Shown here piece by piece: positions 37,481 to 49,894 of a DNA stretch of 64,000 bases; position 1 is the first letter of the stretch, and each line of letters begins with the position of its first letter. The notes under the pieces are model-generated. The model ran no database searches. It saw only the letters and a program-made list of their open reading frames with translations, and was not told the origin of the DNA. This DNA is from Camelus ferus (Eukaryota). The position numbers and the translations under genes are program-made. The stretch spans positions 52,888,001 to 52,952,000 of the forward strand of contig NC_045696.1 of the NCBI RefSeq assembly GCF_009834535.1. The letters are read 5' to 3'.

Positions 37481-40234
37481 CCTGTTCCTTATTTTAGACA
37501 TGCTTTTCCAAAAGAGCTCAAAGATAAGATGTGGTCCCATGATCAGGTATTACATATTAAACTGAATTAGAGAAGGCTAATTATATCTTTGCTAGCTTGA
37601 TTTCAAAGAATGAGCAAAATAACTTTTGGGGCTTATCCAAATTCTCAGTCAGGTTCTACATAGAAAAACCCAAGAGGTAAACAATAAATCTAATAACTTC
37701 ACGTGAGCACCAAACCAGAATAATGGGAATATTAAAAACAAACTCCCTTTTCTTCAAAAACTGCACCGGCAGGGTGGTTTCCCATCTCAGCCTCCCGTTG
37801 TTAAACAATGCCCACACACCCGAGGGAATTTGCTACCGTCACCCTCAAGTCTCGTTGCTAGCTTCCAGCTCGTTCCCTCTTGGAGCTCCACCTGTTTAGT
37901 TTATGACCTTGGCTCTAGTTTACATTCCTGCTTACCTGTATTATATATCCTTCTGATTTTCTGTTCTCCCTCAAGCTTGCTGTAGGCTATTTCCCCAATC
38001 AGATCTGCCTGACTACACGGGAAAGAAAACTCATATAGGAAGAGTCAAATAACAAAAGGTAGTTCCCCAGTAATTGGGAACTGGTTTGTGAATATAATAT
38101 AAACTCAACAGTAAGCAAGTTTTTCAATGAAATTATTTAGCTTGTAACCAAAGCAAAGTCACAGATTTGTATCCGAGGCATTTTGATGAAGAAAAAGAAA
38201 GGCATCCGTGGAGCTGCTGCAGAGTTAAGACATGACACCGGGGGTTACTCAAAGCCTTCTTATCCTGAAAAATACCGCGACACTTGCTGGCCAGTTTCCA
38301 CTCAAACAGCATAGTTTGTCTCATGTCACTGCTGACTTCCACGGTCTACAGATGGATCTTTAATGTTAAAAGAGGGCTAGTGACCTACACTTAATGCATG
38401 GGGAGATTTGAAGCCAGCATATGAAACCCTGGTGTTTAACCAAAAGGAGATGATAAAACTTTCCTTATATTTTCTTTAAAAAAAGGAACCACCACTCAAA
38501 ACCTACCTCCCTACATCTAATCTAATGATTTTAATTCATTCCATACCTTAGAAAATTATGTTGTACCAAGCTTACTCAATTACAGACTTATCCCTTATCT
38601 TACTATTGTCTTGCTAACATGAAATCTCTAGTATAATCTGTCTATCTGTAAGGATCAGAATAAAACATTGCAGATGGGCAGATTTGCAGAAACCTGAACA
38701 CAGGAACCTACCGTGGTATTTAACAAAGTGAAGGATGAGATGGACTCCTATTTAGATCTTCCATATGCCTAATTTTGAAGTTGTTCATATCTTGACTTTT
38801 TTTTTCTGTAAATTTTCAGATATTCAGCCTTTGATATTTATATAGAATTTATTCCTACCATGACCAGAGCACAGAAGAGAAATATAAAAAAAAAAGGACA
38901 AGAGGTAGCATCACTACTCTGACTGATGTTAATATATCTTTTAGTGCAAAAAAAAATTTGAGTCATCTCAGACATGGAATTTGCAGGAAATAAATCTACA
39001 TCAGAGCCTTTACAGCCTACTTGCTGAAGTCTTCTCCACTTAAACGGCCAGCTTGTCTTCGTTTCCAACCTACCTGGAAGATCAGCCTTGCCCCAGGCAC
39101 CGAGTCCCTCCTGCCCTCAGTCAAGAGTGACATAAGGAGCTCTAACTCACTCTTCAGGATTCCAAACCAAGTCACCCTTGCTTTTTGTTTTGTCTCCCAT
39201 GATCTTGTACTTAAATTTAAATAGTATAACTTTTGCCTTTTTCTGAAAGCCTCAACTTAGACCCTAACTCTAGTTAAAAACTGGGTTCCTGTGTTGTTCT
39301 ATAGACACTTTCTATATCCTAATGGCCTGTCTAGATTCATTATCCTTTTAGAATCAGGGAGTGAGCTCATTTTAGACAGTCTTCTGGCCTCATCCCTCAT
39401 TAGCCTAGATCTCTCCTTTACCATCCCAATAATACAGATTTCTGACGCCAACTGTGTTCTGGTATTCCAAGTGTTTTGGTTCTAGTTTTCTGATTCTCTG
39501 CCCACTTGCCAGATCTCATATTTCTGCTAGGTCCCCATCTTAGCTTCTCTGAATCTGCACAATCATGACAGTGGTCCTTTTTGTCTTGTCCTTGGAATGA
39601 CATATGAGTATAAAAAATCATTTGAAAGATCTCCAAATGAATGATTCAAGTGTCAAATGCCTAGGTGTTTATTTTTGTTCCCTCGGTGTAGTCATTCACC
39701 CGGCTTACAATAGTACTTGTTTTTTCTTCAGGAGCAATATAAAATTCCCACCACTCCCAACCCTGAAAAATACACCTTGGCTTGGAAACTCCTATTTCTA
39801 GGTGTTGACTCAATCTGTAGGTTTCTATGTCCCAACTGTTTGTTTGTTTTTTTTTTAATCAGAAAATGCATCGCTTCTTAGAATGGGCAGTATTGGTTCA
39901 ATAGGTCGAAGACCTCCATCTGTTCGATTTCGGGGAGATGGTGCACAACAATAAACCTAAAATGTCCTAAACAGCTGAAGAGGTGTCACTGGCGTTCTGT
40001 CAGCTCTGGGTCAAAGGTACTAAGAGACTAGTCAAGATAAAGACACTTTAGTGAGAAATTTGCTTTGCTAGAGAGGAGATAATTTTGTTTTCATCTAGCT
40101 TGTTCTACATAAATTTATAGTACTTGTGTTTTACTCTTCTAAGAAGCCCACACAGATATATTTATCCTTCTATTTGCACTACAATGTTTAGGTTAGTTAT
40201 TTTTTAACTTGTTAAGACATATCGAAATCTTTGA

Positions 40235-40450
40235 TACTGTGTGCTTATATGAGTGTTTGCCTTAATAATAAAACTACTTTTCACTTTATAGATACATTTT
40301 CTCTCATTGGATCCTTCTTATAACCCTGGAAAGAAAGTAAGATAACATTTTTATTATTCTCCGTTTACAGAAGGTCAGAGAAATTAAGTAAAATATTTAA
40401 AGTCCCAGGGCTAGTAATCCAACTATGTCTCTAAATCCTCCTTCTTTCCA
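40235..40450 (-). mobile_element. MIR SINE relic
   Basis: TCTCATTGGATCCTTCTTATAACCCTG...TTATTCTCCGTTTACAGA...CAGAGAAATTAAGTAA...AAGTCCCAGGGCTAGTAA. Confidence 0.65.
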
Positions 40451-40671
40451 CCTAGCACTTCTCAAGGCTTTTCACTCAAGTATACTGGGAAATGGAATCA
40501 TGAAAATTCTTGTTCCCAGGAGTCTGCAATATTGTTTCAAAAGCCTATTGCAAATGTAAACTGTTTTGATGTTTCATGTTTTACAAAAATTCAGGCAAAA
40601 TACCCATAATATATCAATGTGTGTTTTAATGTAAGCAATGCCTTCTCTAACTTTTCCACCCTCCCATTTGA

Positions 40672-42004
40672 TTTTTTAAATTAAATTTTAAAATTTTGAG
40701 TTAATTTTAAACTTCAGATGTAGTTGTAAGAATAAAGCAGAAATCCCTATGAAACTTCTACTTAGTTTTCCCCCAGTGGTGAAAAATATAGCACAATCTC
40801 ACAGTCAGAATATTGTCACTGATGTAGTTAAAGATACTGATATTTCCATCACCACAAGGATCTCTCACGCTGCTTTTTTATAGCCACAAAACTGCCCACT
40901 TGTCCCCACCTCTTGCTTAGCCCCAGAAACCACTAACAAGTTCTTCATTTCTATAATTTTGTCCTCTTAAGTGTTACATAAATAAAAGTATAGGGTATGT
41001 AACTTTTGGTATTGGCTCTTTTTCAGTCAGTATAAGTCACTGAAGAATCATCTAGATTGCTGTATCAATAGTTTATTTCTTTTTATTGCTGAGTTGTGTT
41101 CCATGGAATGGATATACCACAGTTTAACTATTCACCCACTGAAGGACATCTGGGTTGTTTCTGGTTTGGGGCTATTACAAATAAAGCTGCTATAAACATT
41201 TGTGTATAGGTTTTTGTGTGAACGTAACTGTTCATTTCTCTGAGATAAATGCCCAAGAGTATGATCACTGGGGCACATGGTAGTTGTATGTTTAATTTTT
41301 AAAGAAAATGTCAAACTTTTTTTCAGAGTGGCTGTATCGTTGCACAATCCCAGTAGCAATTTATTAGTACTTTGGTTTCTCCACATCCTCACTATCGTTT
41401 GGTATTGCAGTATTATTTATTTTAGCCATTTTGATAGGTGTATATTGATACCACACTGTGCTTTAATTTGCATTTCCCTAATGGTTAATGATGTTGACCA
41501 TCTTTTCACGTTTATTTGCCATCTATACACACTCTTCAGTGAAATGTCTATTAATTTATTTTTTTTCATTTTCTGAGTTGGTTTTTTTAATTTGTTTTTT
41601 TTACTGTTAAGTATCGAGAGTCCTTTATATTTTCTAGATACCAATCCTTTGTCAAATAAGTAGTTTCTCCCACTCTCTAATTTGTCTTTTCATCCTTTTC
41701 AGAGGTTGGTTTCACAGGGCATGTTTTTATTTTTGATAAAGTCAGATTTATCAATTTTTTTCTTTGCATGGATTATGCATTTGGTGTCAAGTCTAAGAAA
41801 CCTTTGCCTAGCCCGTAGGTTATGAAGTTTTTTTTCCTCAAAAAAGTTTTATATTTTATATTTAAGTCTGTGATCCATTCGGTGTTCATTTTTGTATAAG
41901 ATATGGGATTTAGGTTGATGTCCAGGTGTTTTGTGTTTGTTTTGTTATTTTGTTATTTTCCATATTTTGGCTTGTGGATGTCCAATTTCTACAGCACCGT
42001 TTGT
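40672..42004 (-). mobile_element. L1MC-like 3' end and ORF2 C-terminus
   Basis: Typical L1 antisense text: TTTATTGCTGAGT...CCACTGAAGGACATCTGGGTTGTTT...TTAATTTGCATTTCCCTAATG...GATGTCCAATT...CAGCACC. Confidence 0.9.
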
Positions 42005-42727
42005 CCCATCTGTCTGACACTAACTGAGCTATGGAATTAGAGGGGCTCACGACTGCTGGGTGAGTGTGGAAGTCCAGGCTCTCCACAAGGACTTCACTGA
42101 CACCCAGGGAGTAGGGTGGGGATTCATAACTGCCCAGTGGGAGTAAAAATCTCAGCTCCCTATTTGGCCTTCTCTGATGCTACCCTGGCAGGGGTATTGT
42201 GGTGCCTCATTACAGCCACATAAGTGTAGAAATCTAGGCTTCATACTTGACCTTTGCTGGCATGAGTAGGGTTGCAGCCAGTTCTTTTTTTTTTTTTTTT
42301 TTTTTTGGTTGGTATTTGGCTGGAGTAGAGCATTACTGTCTACAAGTTTTCTGTCTTCCTATTCTGCCCCTTTCTTGGTCCTTTGGCTAGAGAGAGCAGG
42401 CTCTTCTTGGGGCTCTTTTGGTCTACACCATTGGCATTTCCAGGTGCCAGTTTCTACAACTCCAAGTCTGGGATATATAAAATAAATAAGCCAAAAAAAA
42501 AAAAAAAACCCCACAAAAAAACAAATAAAACAAATAAACAAAAAAATACAGGGAACTTATAATCTGTGTTCTTTGCATCCTGAGGTCCTAACCTAGTTTG
42601 CTTCTTCTCTACAACATTTAGAGTCTTCTGTGTTTGTTTTATATGCAATATATAGGGTTATAATTCTATTTTTCTGGAGGAAGAGGGATAAATAAGTCTA
42701 CTCTATCTTTCCAGAAGCGGATATTCC
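42005..42727 (-). mobile_element. L1MC-like 5'UTR end
   Basis: GGAAGTCCAGGCTC...TTGGCTAGAGAGAGCAGGCT...AAGTCTGGGATATAT...TCTACTCTATCTTTCCAGAAGCGGA resembles the recalled L1MC 5' end consensus. Confidence 0.7.
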
Positions 42728-43646
42728 TCAATTTGACTTTTAAGTAAAACTTGATGGTTTAGAAAATATGTCATGTTTATTCTGGTGGGCAAGGTATATT
42801 ATTTTAATATGCTCTTCAAAGTCCATAGCACAAGGCTATAGGGAAGACAGATGCTTCAGTAAACTGCAGGATTTTCCTGCTGATGATTTTAAAAATGAGG
42901 GAGAACCGACCTTCATCAGCTGTGTAAGCTACGCGCTTAATGACATCCAGGGGAGAGAATATATTTGACACTATTTTTTTTTTCTCTCCGACTTTATACT
43001 CCTCTAGACTTCTAGTAACTTGTTTTTCAATGTTTTTCCTCCATCCCACTCAGTTGGTTGTATGGACATCTCCAGCTCACAGGCTGCATGACAAAGGCAC
43101 ATCCTTACTGACCTTCAGGCTTCTGTCAGTCTACAAACATTTAGTGAATGCCCCCAGAGGCAGAGCCTTGTGCTGGGTGCTTAGCAGGCTAGCAGCAGCC
43201 AGTGTCCTTTGGCCTTCAGCTTCCCTAGAGCAAGGACTGTCAGACAGCTGAAGGGTGCACAGGTGTTTTTGGTTAAAAAAAACTGCCCTGGAAATGCCTT
43301 TCTTCAACAAAACTTCTTTGAAGCTGAGTCTGAGTATTATCTTCAGAAAAGGGAAAAAAAAAAATGTAAACTACCTTTCCATTGATGATGGATCTCTCTT
43401 TGACATGGGAATGGAAGAAAAAAGTGAGTAATGCCTTATTAATGTGGGCTCTTCCCTGAAACATCAGTTTTTCCTGAAGGACAGGAGCTGCGTCTTCTTC
43501 ATGCACGTCTCCTGGCATGGTTCCTGGCACAAAGCAAAGGCTAAAATCCACCTATGTCACATTGAGCCTTAATCTTGTGTAAACCCATGTAAACCTTGAG
43601 AAGGGGATGTCCAGGGAACTGAACTCCACAAATCCAAAAGCATTTC

Positions 43647-43781
43647 AAAAAAAGAGAGAGAGAGAGAGGGAAAGAAAGAAAGAAAGGAAAAAAGGAAGAA
43701 AGGAAGGAAGAAAGGAAGGAAGGAAGGAAAGAAGGAAGGAAGATAGAAAGAAAGAAAGGGAAAAGAAGAAAGAGAAAGAAA

Positions 43782-43830
<49 letters not shown>

Positions 43831-43894
43831 AAAGAGGGAGGGAGGAAGGAAGGAAGGAAAGGAGGGAGGGAGGGAGGGAAGAAAGGAGAGAGAA
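43647..43894. repeat. Compound polypurine tract (GA, GGAA, GAAA, GGGA units)
   Basis: About 250 bp of A/G with a single T at 43744. Confidence 0.97.
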
Positions 43895-44035
43895 TGTAGG
43901 AACAAATGACCATTAAACCAGTAAGTTTCACAGGATCACTGTGTGAAATGGCAGTTCTGCAAATATGAGTTAGAATGACTTAAAAAATGAAGGCCCCCAA
44001 GGACATAGAACATTCACAGAACTGACAAAGACTCT

Positions 44036-44528
44036 TGTTATGGAAAAATTATTCATGACACTTATTAAAGGCAGTAAGGCTGACTTTATTCAAGATCACA
44101 GAGATAGACGTGGGGACCACTACAATGGTGTTCTGCAGTAGGGGAGAGAGACTGGGCTCAACTCTGAATACAAGAAGGAAAAGTGGGAATTTATAGCCAA
44201 GTAGCAGGATGGGGGTCAGTGGATGGAAAATTAGTAAGAGGTAATAGAAAATTCTGGCTAAATCAACCTAACAGAATTCTTGCTGAAGGCAGGCCAGGGT
44301 GATCAGACATCACCTGGGAGATGGCGGAGGATGAGGAACCTGATCCATCAGGGATGATCAGATATTGAGGAAGGTGGGGTGGGGATTCTGGCTAAACTGA
44401 CTTGGCAGGATTCTTGCTATGACTGGACAGTACAGAGATGAACATGAAGGCCCAAAAGTTAGAGCCTTGTCAAAGTATGAGCTCAGAAGAGCTTGACCAA
44501 AGTTTGATCACGGAGAGACTCTTTGCCA
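44036..44528 (-). mobile_element. ERV1 solo LTR, MER31-like (inner, inverted copy)
   Basis: TG...CA ends; reverse complement begins TGGCAAAGAGTCTCTCCGTGATCAAACTTTGGTCAAG and contains TTGGCTATAAAT and AATAAA; exact TSD CTCT at 44032-44035 and 44529-44532. Confidence 0.88.
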
Positions 44529-44800
44529 CTCTTTCCTTGACCAAACTTCAGTCAGGTTTCTCTGACACATCTTCTCAACTTGGCCCCAGCCATGGCCTCT
44601 GTATGTGCTAGGACTTCATAACCAAGTTTTAGCAAGAAAGTTGCTAAGTCAGTTTAACCAGAATCCCTCTACCCTAATCACCCTCAACATCTGGTCAAAT
44701 TCCTTATCCTCTTCTATGCCACCCTTGATATCTGGTCATCCTGGCCTGCCTTTAGCAAGAATCAAGGTAGGTCAATTTAAACATTAGGGAATTCCTCTTA

Positions 44801-45188
44801 TTTGTATCATTATTTAAGATTCCACCATTATTTAAGATTTAAGTGGTATCATACGATATTTGTCTTTCTCTGTCTGGCTCACTGCAACAGAAACAGACTC
44901 ACAGGCAGAGAAAATAAACTTACAGTTACCGAATGGCAAGGGGGCAGGAGGGATAAATAAGGAGTCTGGGATTAGCAGATACAAACTACTATATATATAA
45001 AGTAGATAAACAACAAGGTCCTACTGTATAGCACAGGGAACTATATTTAATACCTTGTAATAACCTATAATGAAAAGAATATGAAAAAGAATATATATAC
45101 ATGTATAACTAAACCACTATGCTGTACACCAGAAACTAACACAACATTGTAAATCAACTCTAGGTCAATAAAATAGTTTTAAAAAAGA
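44801..45188 (+). mobile_element. Young L1 3' end with 5' inversion
   Basis: 44801-44885 is antisense L1 3' sequence; 44886-45188 is sense 3'UTR with A tail; TSD AATTCCTCTTA at 44790-44800 and 45189-45199. Confidence 0.9.
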
Positions 45189-46192
45189 AATTCCTCTTAG
45201 ACTTTGATGTTTCCTCTTAGTAATTTTTATCTGCTGACCCTCCCTCCTATCCCCCAATCCTCTGCCCCAGCTTAGTCCTTGGCTATAAATCCCCACTAGT
45301 TCTTGTTATATTCAGAGTTGAACTTGGTCTCTCTCCCCTGCTGGGGTAGTCTTGACACCTTTCACAACACTTCCGAATAATGCCTTCCTTACCATTTTAA
45401 CAATGTCAGAATAAGCCTTTCTTTAACAGAATCTAAAACTAGGGGAGGACTTGAGAGGTAGCTTCTTTTATCCTCCTCTCTCTTATTATATTCCTTTTTA
45501 TTACTCCCAAGAGTTAGAAAAAATGAAGAAATAAGCATCTCTCTTACAGCTACCCCTAATTCTGTGCTTTGTAGCTGCATAAAACCAGACTCTCTGTGTC
45601 AGGAAGAATGGGGCCCTAAATGCTGTCAGGCAGAGACTGGAAACTTCATTCTTCCTAATCTCTTAGGAGTCTTCTGCACTGCTGGCAAGTTGGAGCTGGG
45701 AAGTATATTTTTATACTTGAAAGGCCTGTATCCTGGGTTTGACTCAAAAGGGGGTAAGACAACAATCACCTTGAAAGGGGCAGGGTAGGGGGAGCAGTGC
45801 AGGAAGTGGGGACTGTTTATTTCTTTTATTTACTGGGAAGCCAGAAAGCAGTGAGAGGCTGGCGCCTTGCTGTGATATAGAAACTGTCTGAAAACGGGTG
45901 TCCCCTCACCCTTTGCTTGATGTTATGTAAGTGAAGCTGGTGTTGGGACACCCAGGATTCACTGCACCATTCCATTCCCTGGTTCTTTTTTCTTCAACTG
46001 TGACTGAACACCTGAGTGAAAGTTTGATGTTCCTCACCTGGCTGAGGCCACTCCCCCGCTACTAAATATGGCTGATTCAGCTCCCTTACACTGGGCAATG
46101 TCTGTTGACGACTCAAGTGATAAATTTAGAAGTGGAGAAATGAGATGGGGTTTCTCTGGTGTCTGCTTGCTTAGTTCTAAGTGGTTTGGCTG

Positions 46193-46385
46193 ACTACAGA
46201 ATTTTGCTGCTGGAAAAGACCTTTGAGATCAACTAGGTCAGCTCCTCCCTTATTTCATGGATGAGGAAAAAGCAGTTTAGAAGGGTGAAACAATATGACT
46301 TAGATCATCCACCTCATTAATGGCCGGGGTGGATCTTGAATCCAAGTTTTCTCACTCCCAGCTTTTTCTTCTCTATCACTGTATG
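46193..46385 (-). mobile_element. MIR (MIR3/MIRc-like) relic
   Basis: CAGAATTTT...CTGGAAAAGACCTTTGAGATCAACTAG...GATGAGGAAA...TTGAATCCAAGTTTTCTCACTCCCAG. Confidence 0.7.
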
Positions 46386-47164
46386 AAAAACTCCTGAGGT
46401 CACCTTGCTGCAGCCTTTAAATGTTGGTCTCGGGAAGCGATCTGGCGATGGGATTACTTTGTACTAGAGAAAACCCGTAGAATATTACGCTAACTCTGGC
46501 CCAGAAGGGAGGGCGGTTTACATGCAAGTCACCAGAAATGCCTTGGGAAGACCATCCTATTTCCAGTCATTCTCATTTGACAGAGCATGAATGAGATGTG
46601 TTATTTCTGGTTTTTTGGTTTGTTTTTACTTTATAGATGAATGAAGCACATCTGAAATGTAGGCTATGAAAGCTTAAGGTCCAACACCAATCATCCAACA
46701 GAGAAGTAGATGGGAGTACGTATAAGAGGCCACAGAGGATGCCTGGCCCTGCTTATGGGGATGTCTCCCACCTGCTGCTTCTCTTCAAAACCCACTGCCT
46801 AATCAGCAGGGGCTTGAACTGTGTGAGATACAGAATGTAAAAGAAATGGGGAGCTTTTAAAGGGCTCAGCAGCCAAGAGACAAAGTAAATTGATGTTCAC
46901 CATGAGGAAGCCAGAACATCTGAAACATACGATAAACATGCAGAAATTTAACTTTCTATAACATCTGTCAAATATCTCCACTTCCTCTAAAGTGTAAAAA
47001 CTCTTCTCATCTAACAGATCTTAATTGTTCTGTATGCCTCAGATCAAGAGCATAAAGGCCATTCAATCATTTATAACACTGGTGTATACGATGTATCAAA
47101 CTAAGGAAAATCTCTATAGTGTTTAGTGGTAATCTTTTTTACCTTCTCTTACACTGATTTCTAA

Positions 47165-47295
47165 ATCTGATGGAATAGATACTATTCTCATATTGCAGAT
47201 GGGAAGGAAAACTAAAGCTCTGAGATTGTAAGTCACTTGCCCAAGGACAGAAACTACACCCAAGTCTGTCTGTCATCAAAGCACTATACACACTG
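47165..47295 (-). mobile_element. MIR SINE relic
   Basis: ACTATTCTCATATTGCAGATG...AAACTAAAGCTC...TAAGTCACTTGCCCAAGG...CCCAAGTCTGTCTG. Confidence 0.6.
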
Positions 47296-49860
47296 CATGT
47301 GTATCTTTATATTTCTGGAGACCTGGGGAGGATAAGGATAGAAAGAAATGAGATAGCAAAAAGTGGTAATATTCGCCTTATAAAGGGTAGCTGCACTTTT
47401 CTATGAATAAGATTCCCAACGTGTATTCTACTAAAAAGTCTAAGCGAGAGACCCGTAGTTCTGCAAAATACCGAAGAGGGGAACAAGGGCCTTTACTAAT
47501 GATTTCCTGAAACTTGCCTCAGGCTTGCAGCTGGGAAGAAGGAAATGATTGAATCCCACGGCACACAGTAACTTACCGTGGATGGTTTCAAATATTTCTT
47601 AGGTTGGGAATCTCATGGGGAAAATAAAATATTAAGGTGAGGGTTGAACTAGGACATTAAAAAATGCTCAGTAGCCCTGGGCAATCCCTGGACACTTGCT
47701 TCCATACTTCTAACTTGCAGCCAAACCTTTGGTTCCACCACTTTAGCTGATTGTTTATTACTTGTCTTGGCTCATATATTGTTGCTGCCTTCTAAAATAA
47801 AACACTTCAATTCAGCGGTCGTGGCCACAGGACCAGTCTCTCAGTGATTTCTTCTTCATCACTTTTCCAGAGGTAACTCCCACGTTGGGTTATTATCACT
47901 CTCTCTTCCTTCCTGATACTTCTAAAACAGATTTCCCTTTATTTTCTCCCATCCTCAAAAACTGCATAACCCACATTTCTTTGTTTTACACCATCCCTAA
48001 ATGTCACTATACATTTTTCATATTCTCTTATCCACTTTTTTCATTCCTTCTCATTCAATTAAACACTCTTTCAATTTAATGAACATATTTTTCATGTTCA
48101 TCATAACTACTAGATATCTGAAAGCTTGCTTTGGATAAGAATAGTTTTCCTGGTAGGAAGAAGGGTTAATTTGGTGTCTGTTGGGTATTCAAAATGGAAT
48201 GACATTATCTCCACTTTCTCCATTTTTACAATTTGCCTGAAAATTTATAAAACTATTTATTTTATTAAGTACAGTACATTAACCTTGCAAAGATGCTAAT
48301 GACTAAAAATCTGCTGCCTTGGCAACTTCCCTGAATATAAAAATTAGCTATGTTCATCAAAGAGGTTTTAATTATATATTATTATTTCCTAAGAGCACCT
48401 CCTGGTCCAAACTGACGCAGGCTTCAAAATGTAAGTATTGTTCTGTGAAAGCTGCATAAGAAGCCAAGCAGAATCTGCAGCTAACATTGTAGCTGTGGGC
48501 AACGGTCAAGTTCAACTGCCCATTCCTATCTGCTAACCTCTACGGCTCTCTGATCATTCAGGTCAGTGGTCATTGACTTTTAGAAGGGGACAAAGAAATG
48601 GTTTTATTCTTTGAGTGCCATTTAGACCCAGGTCTGTTTGTGGATTCTTATGTAGGGACATTCCTAGCACAGGTCTAGGATAAGATCACATTATTCCAAG
48701 CAATGCAAAGGTTAAGGATTACTCTTCTTGACCATGATAAAAAAAAAATCACCAAGTGACATCAAATGTTCAAAGATTTCTCTCAAAGCTGAGAAATGAA
48801 TGATGCTATCTGGTATGACATTATGTGTTCCTTTAGTAAAACAAATTCAGATTCAGTCATTCAAGGGACACTTTCTGAGATCATGATAACCATTTCGGAT
48901 AGCCTGTTAAATTTTGAGGTGTGGAGGAGGGCTTTTTATTTTGCGTCTGGCCAAGACTCCTACCCATGTCAGTCTCCTAATGGTATGGCTGTGATGAAAG
49001 GCACAGGAACGGCCCCACAGTCGGCTCAATTACTCCGGCCCTGACTGCGGCTTTGCCTGGGTGATGATGAACTGCCACTCGCAGTGGCTGCTCTGCTCGG
49101 AGTAAATCCCCAGATGGCTTTATTTTTAGATTTGGGACAAGATCCAAAAAGACAGCATTTTGTCCGTACTTTCATGGTGCTTAGAGCTCAGAGATGAGGT
49201 TGGGGGTGGGCGAGGCTACTCTTAACTGCCTCAAAAGTAGTTTGGAATGAGTTAAATTCGACCAGATTAGATAATAGCTATCGATTATTTAGTGCTTTCT
49301 ACCTGTCAACCATTGTGTTAAACTCCTTTCTTACACACATTATCTAATTTAATCTCATAATCTTAACACAATCTACACTGTCTCCCAGGATAGGTGAAAA
49401 GAGGTAAATTATCTGCTCTACAGGAATTGATGCTCCCCTACTTCCTGTAGCACAGACCACACGGCACCTGAAAAATTCAGCTATTTTTTTCCCCTCAAAT
49501 GTCCTGCTCAGTGCTGGGTTGTCAATAGGACATTCTAAATTTAACTTCCTGAATCTAGAAATTAAATGCCAACACGATCCATTCAGAGTCACATTTCTAT
49601 ATACCTGGGTTTGTTTAGCCCTGAGGGAAAAAGTTGCAGGTGACCTTTCTTTCTTGTGCTTACTAGACTCAAAAATACATGTGGTTAAAGTAGCTCCACT
49701 GGACCAGCTCAGCGAGAAGCACATACCTGCCTCATAACAGGCCAGAGTTCTGCCGGCTAACACTTCGTTTTCCACTACAATTCCAGAGGGCCACTTTGGG
49801 TTAAGTGTGCATATGAGGTGTGTGTGTGTGAATGTGTGAGTTCTAGAGGGCTGTTCTGGG

Positions 49861-49863
<3 letters not shown>

Positions 49864-49893
<30 letters not shown>
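49864..49893. repeat. (TG)n microsatellite within a TG-rich patch
   Basis: Perfect dinucleotide run. Confidence 0.95.

Positions 49894-49894
<1 letters not shown>

Larger units (their letters stand above)
44023..45428 (+). mobile_element. ERV1 solo LTR, MER31-like (outer copy, twice interrupted)
   Basis: TGACAAAGACTCT (44023-44035) resumes at CTCTTTCCTTGACCAAACTT; TTGGCTATAAAT near 45279; ends CTTTAACA; flanks GAAC and GAAT fit a 4-bp TSD with one mismatch. Confidence 0.85.

Noticed and set aside
41132..41644. ORFs with L1 ORF2-like peptide pieces
   Set aside because: Frameshifted remnants of the L1MC relic, not a functional CDS.
43569..43931. Lys/Glu/Arg-rich and Phe/Leu/Ser-rich ORFs
   Set aside because: They are translations of the polypurine microsatellite.
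49058..49130. C/D-box snoRNA (TGATGA present)
   Set aside because: No suitably placed CTGA D box or terminal stem.
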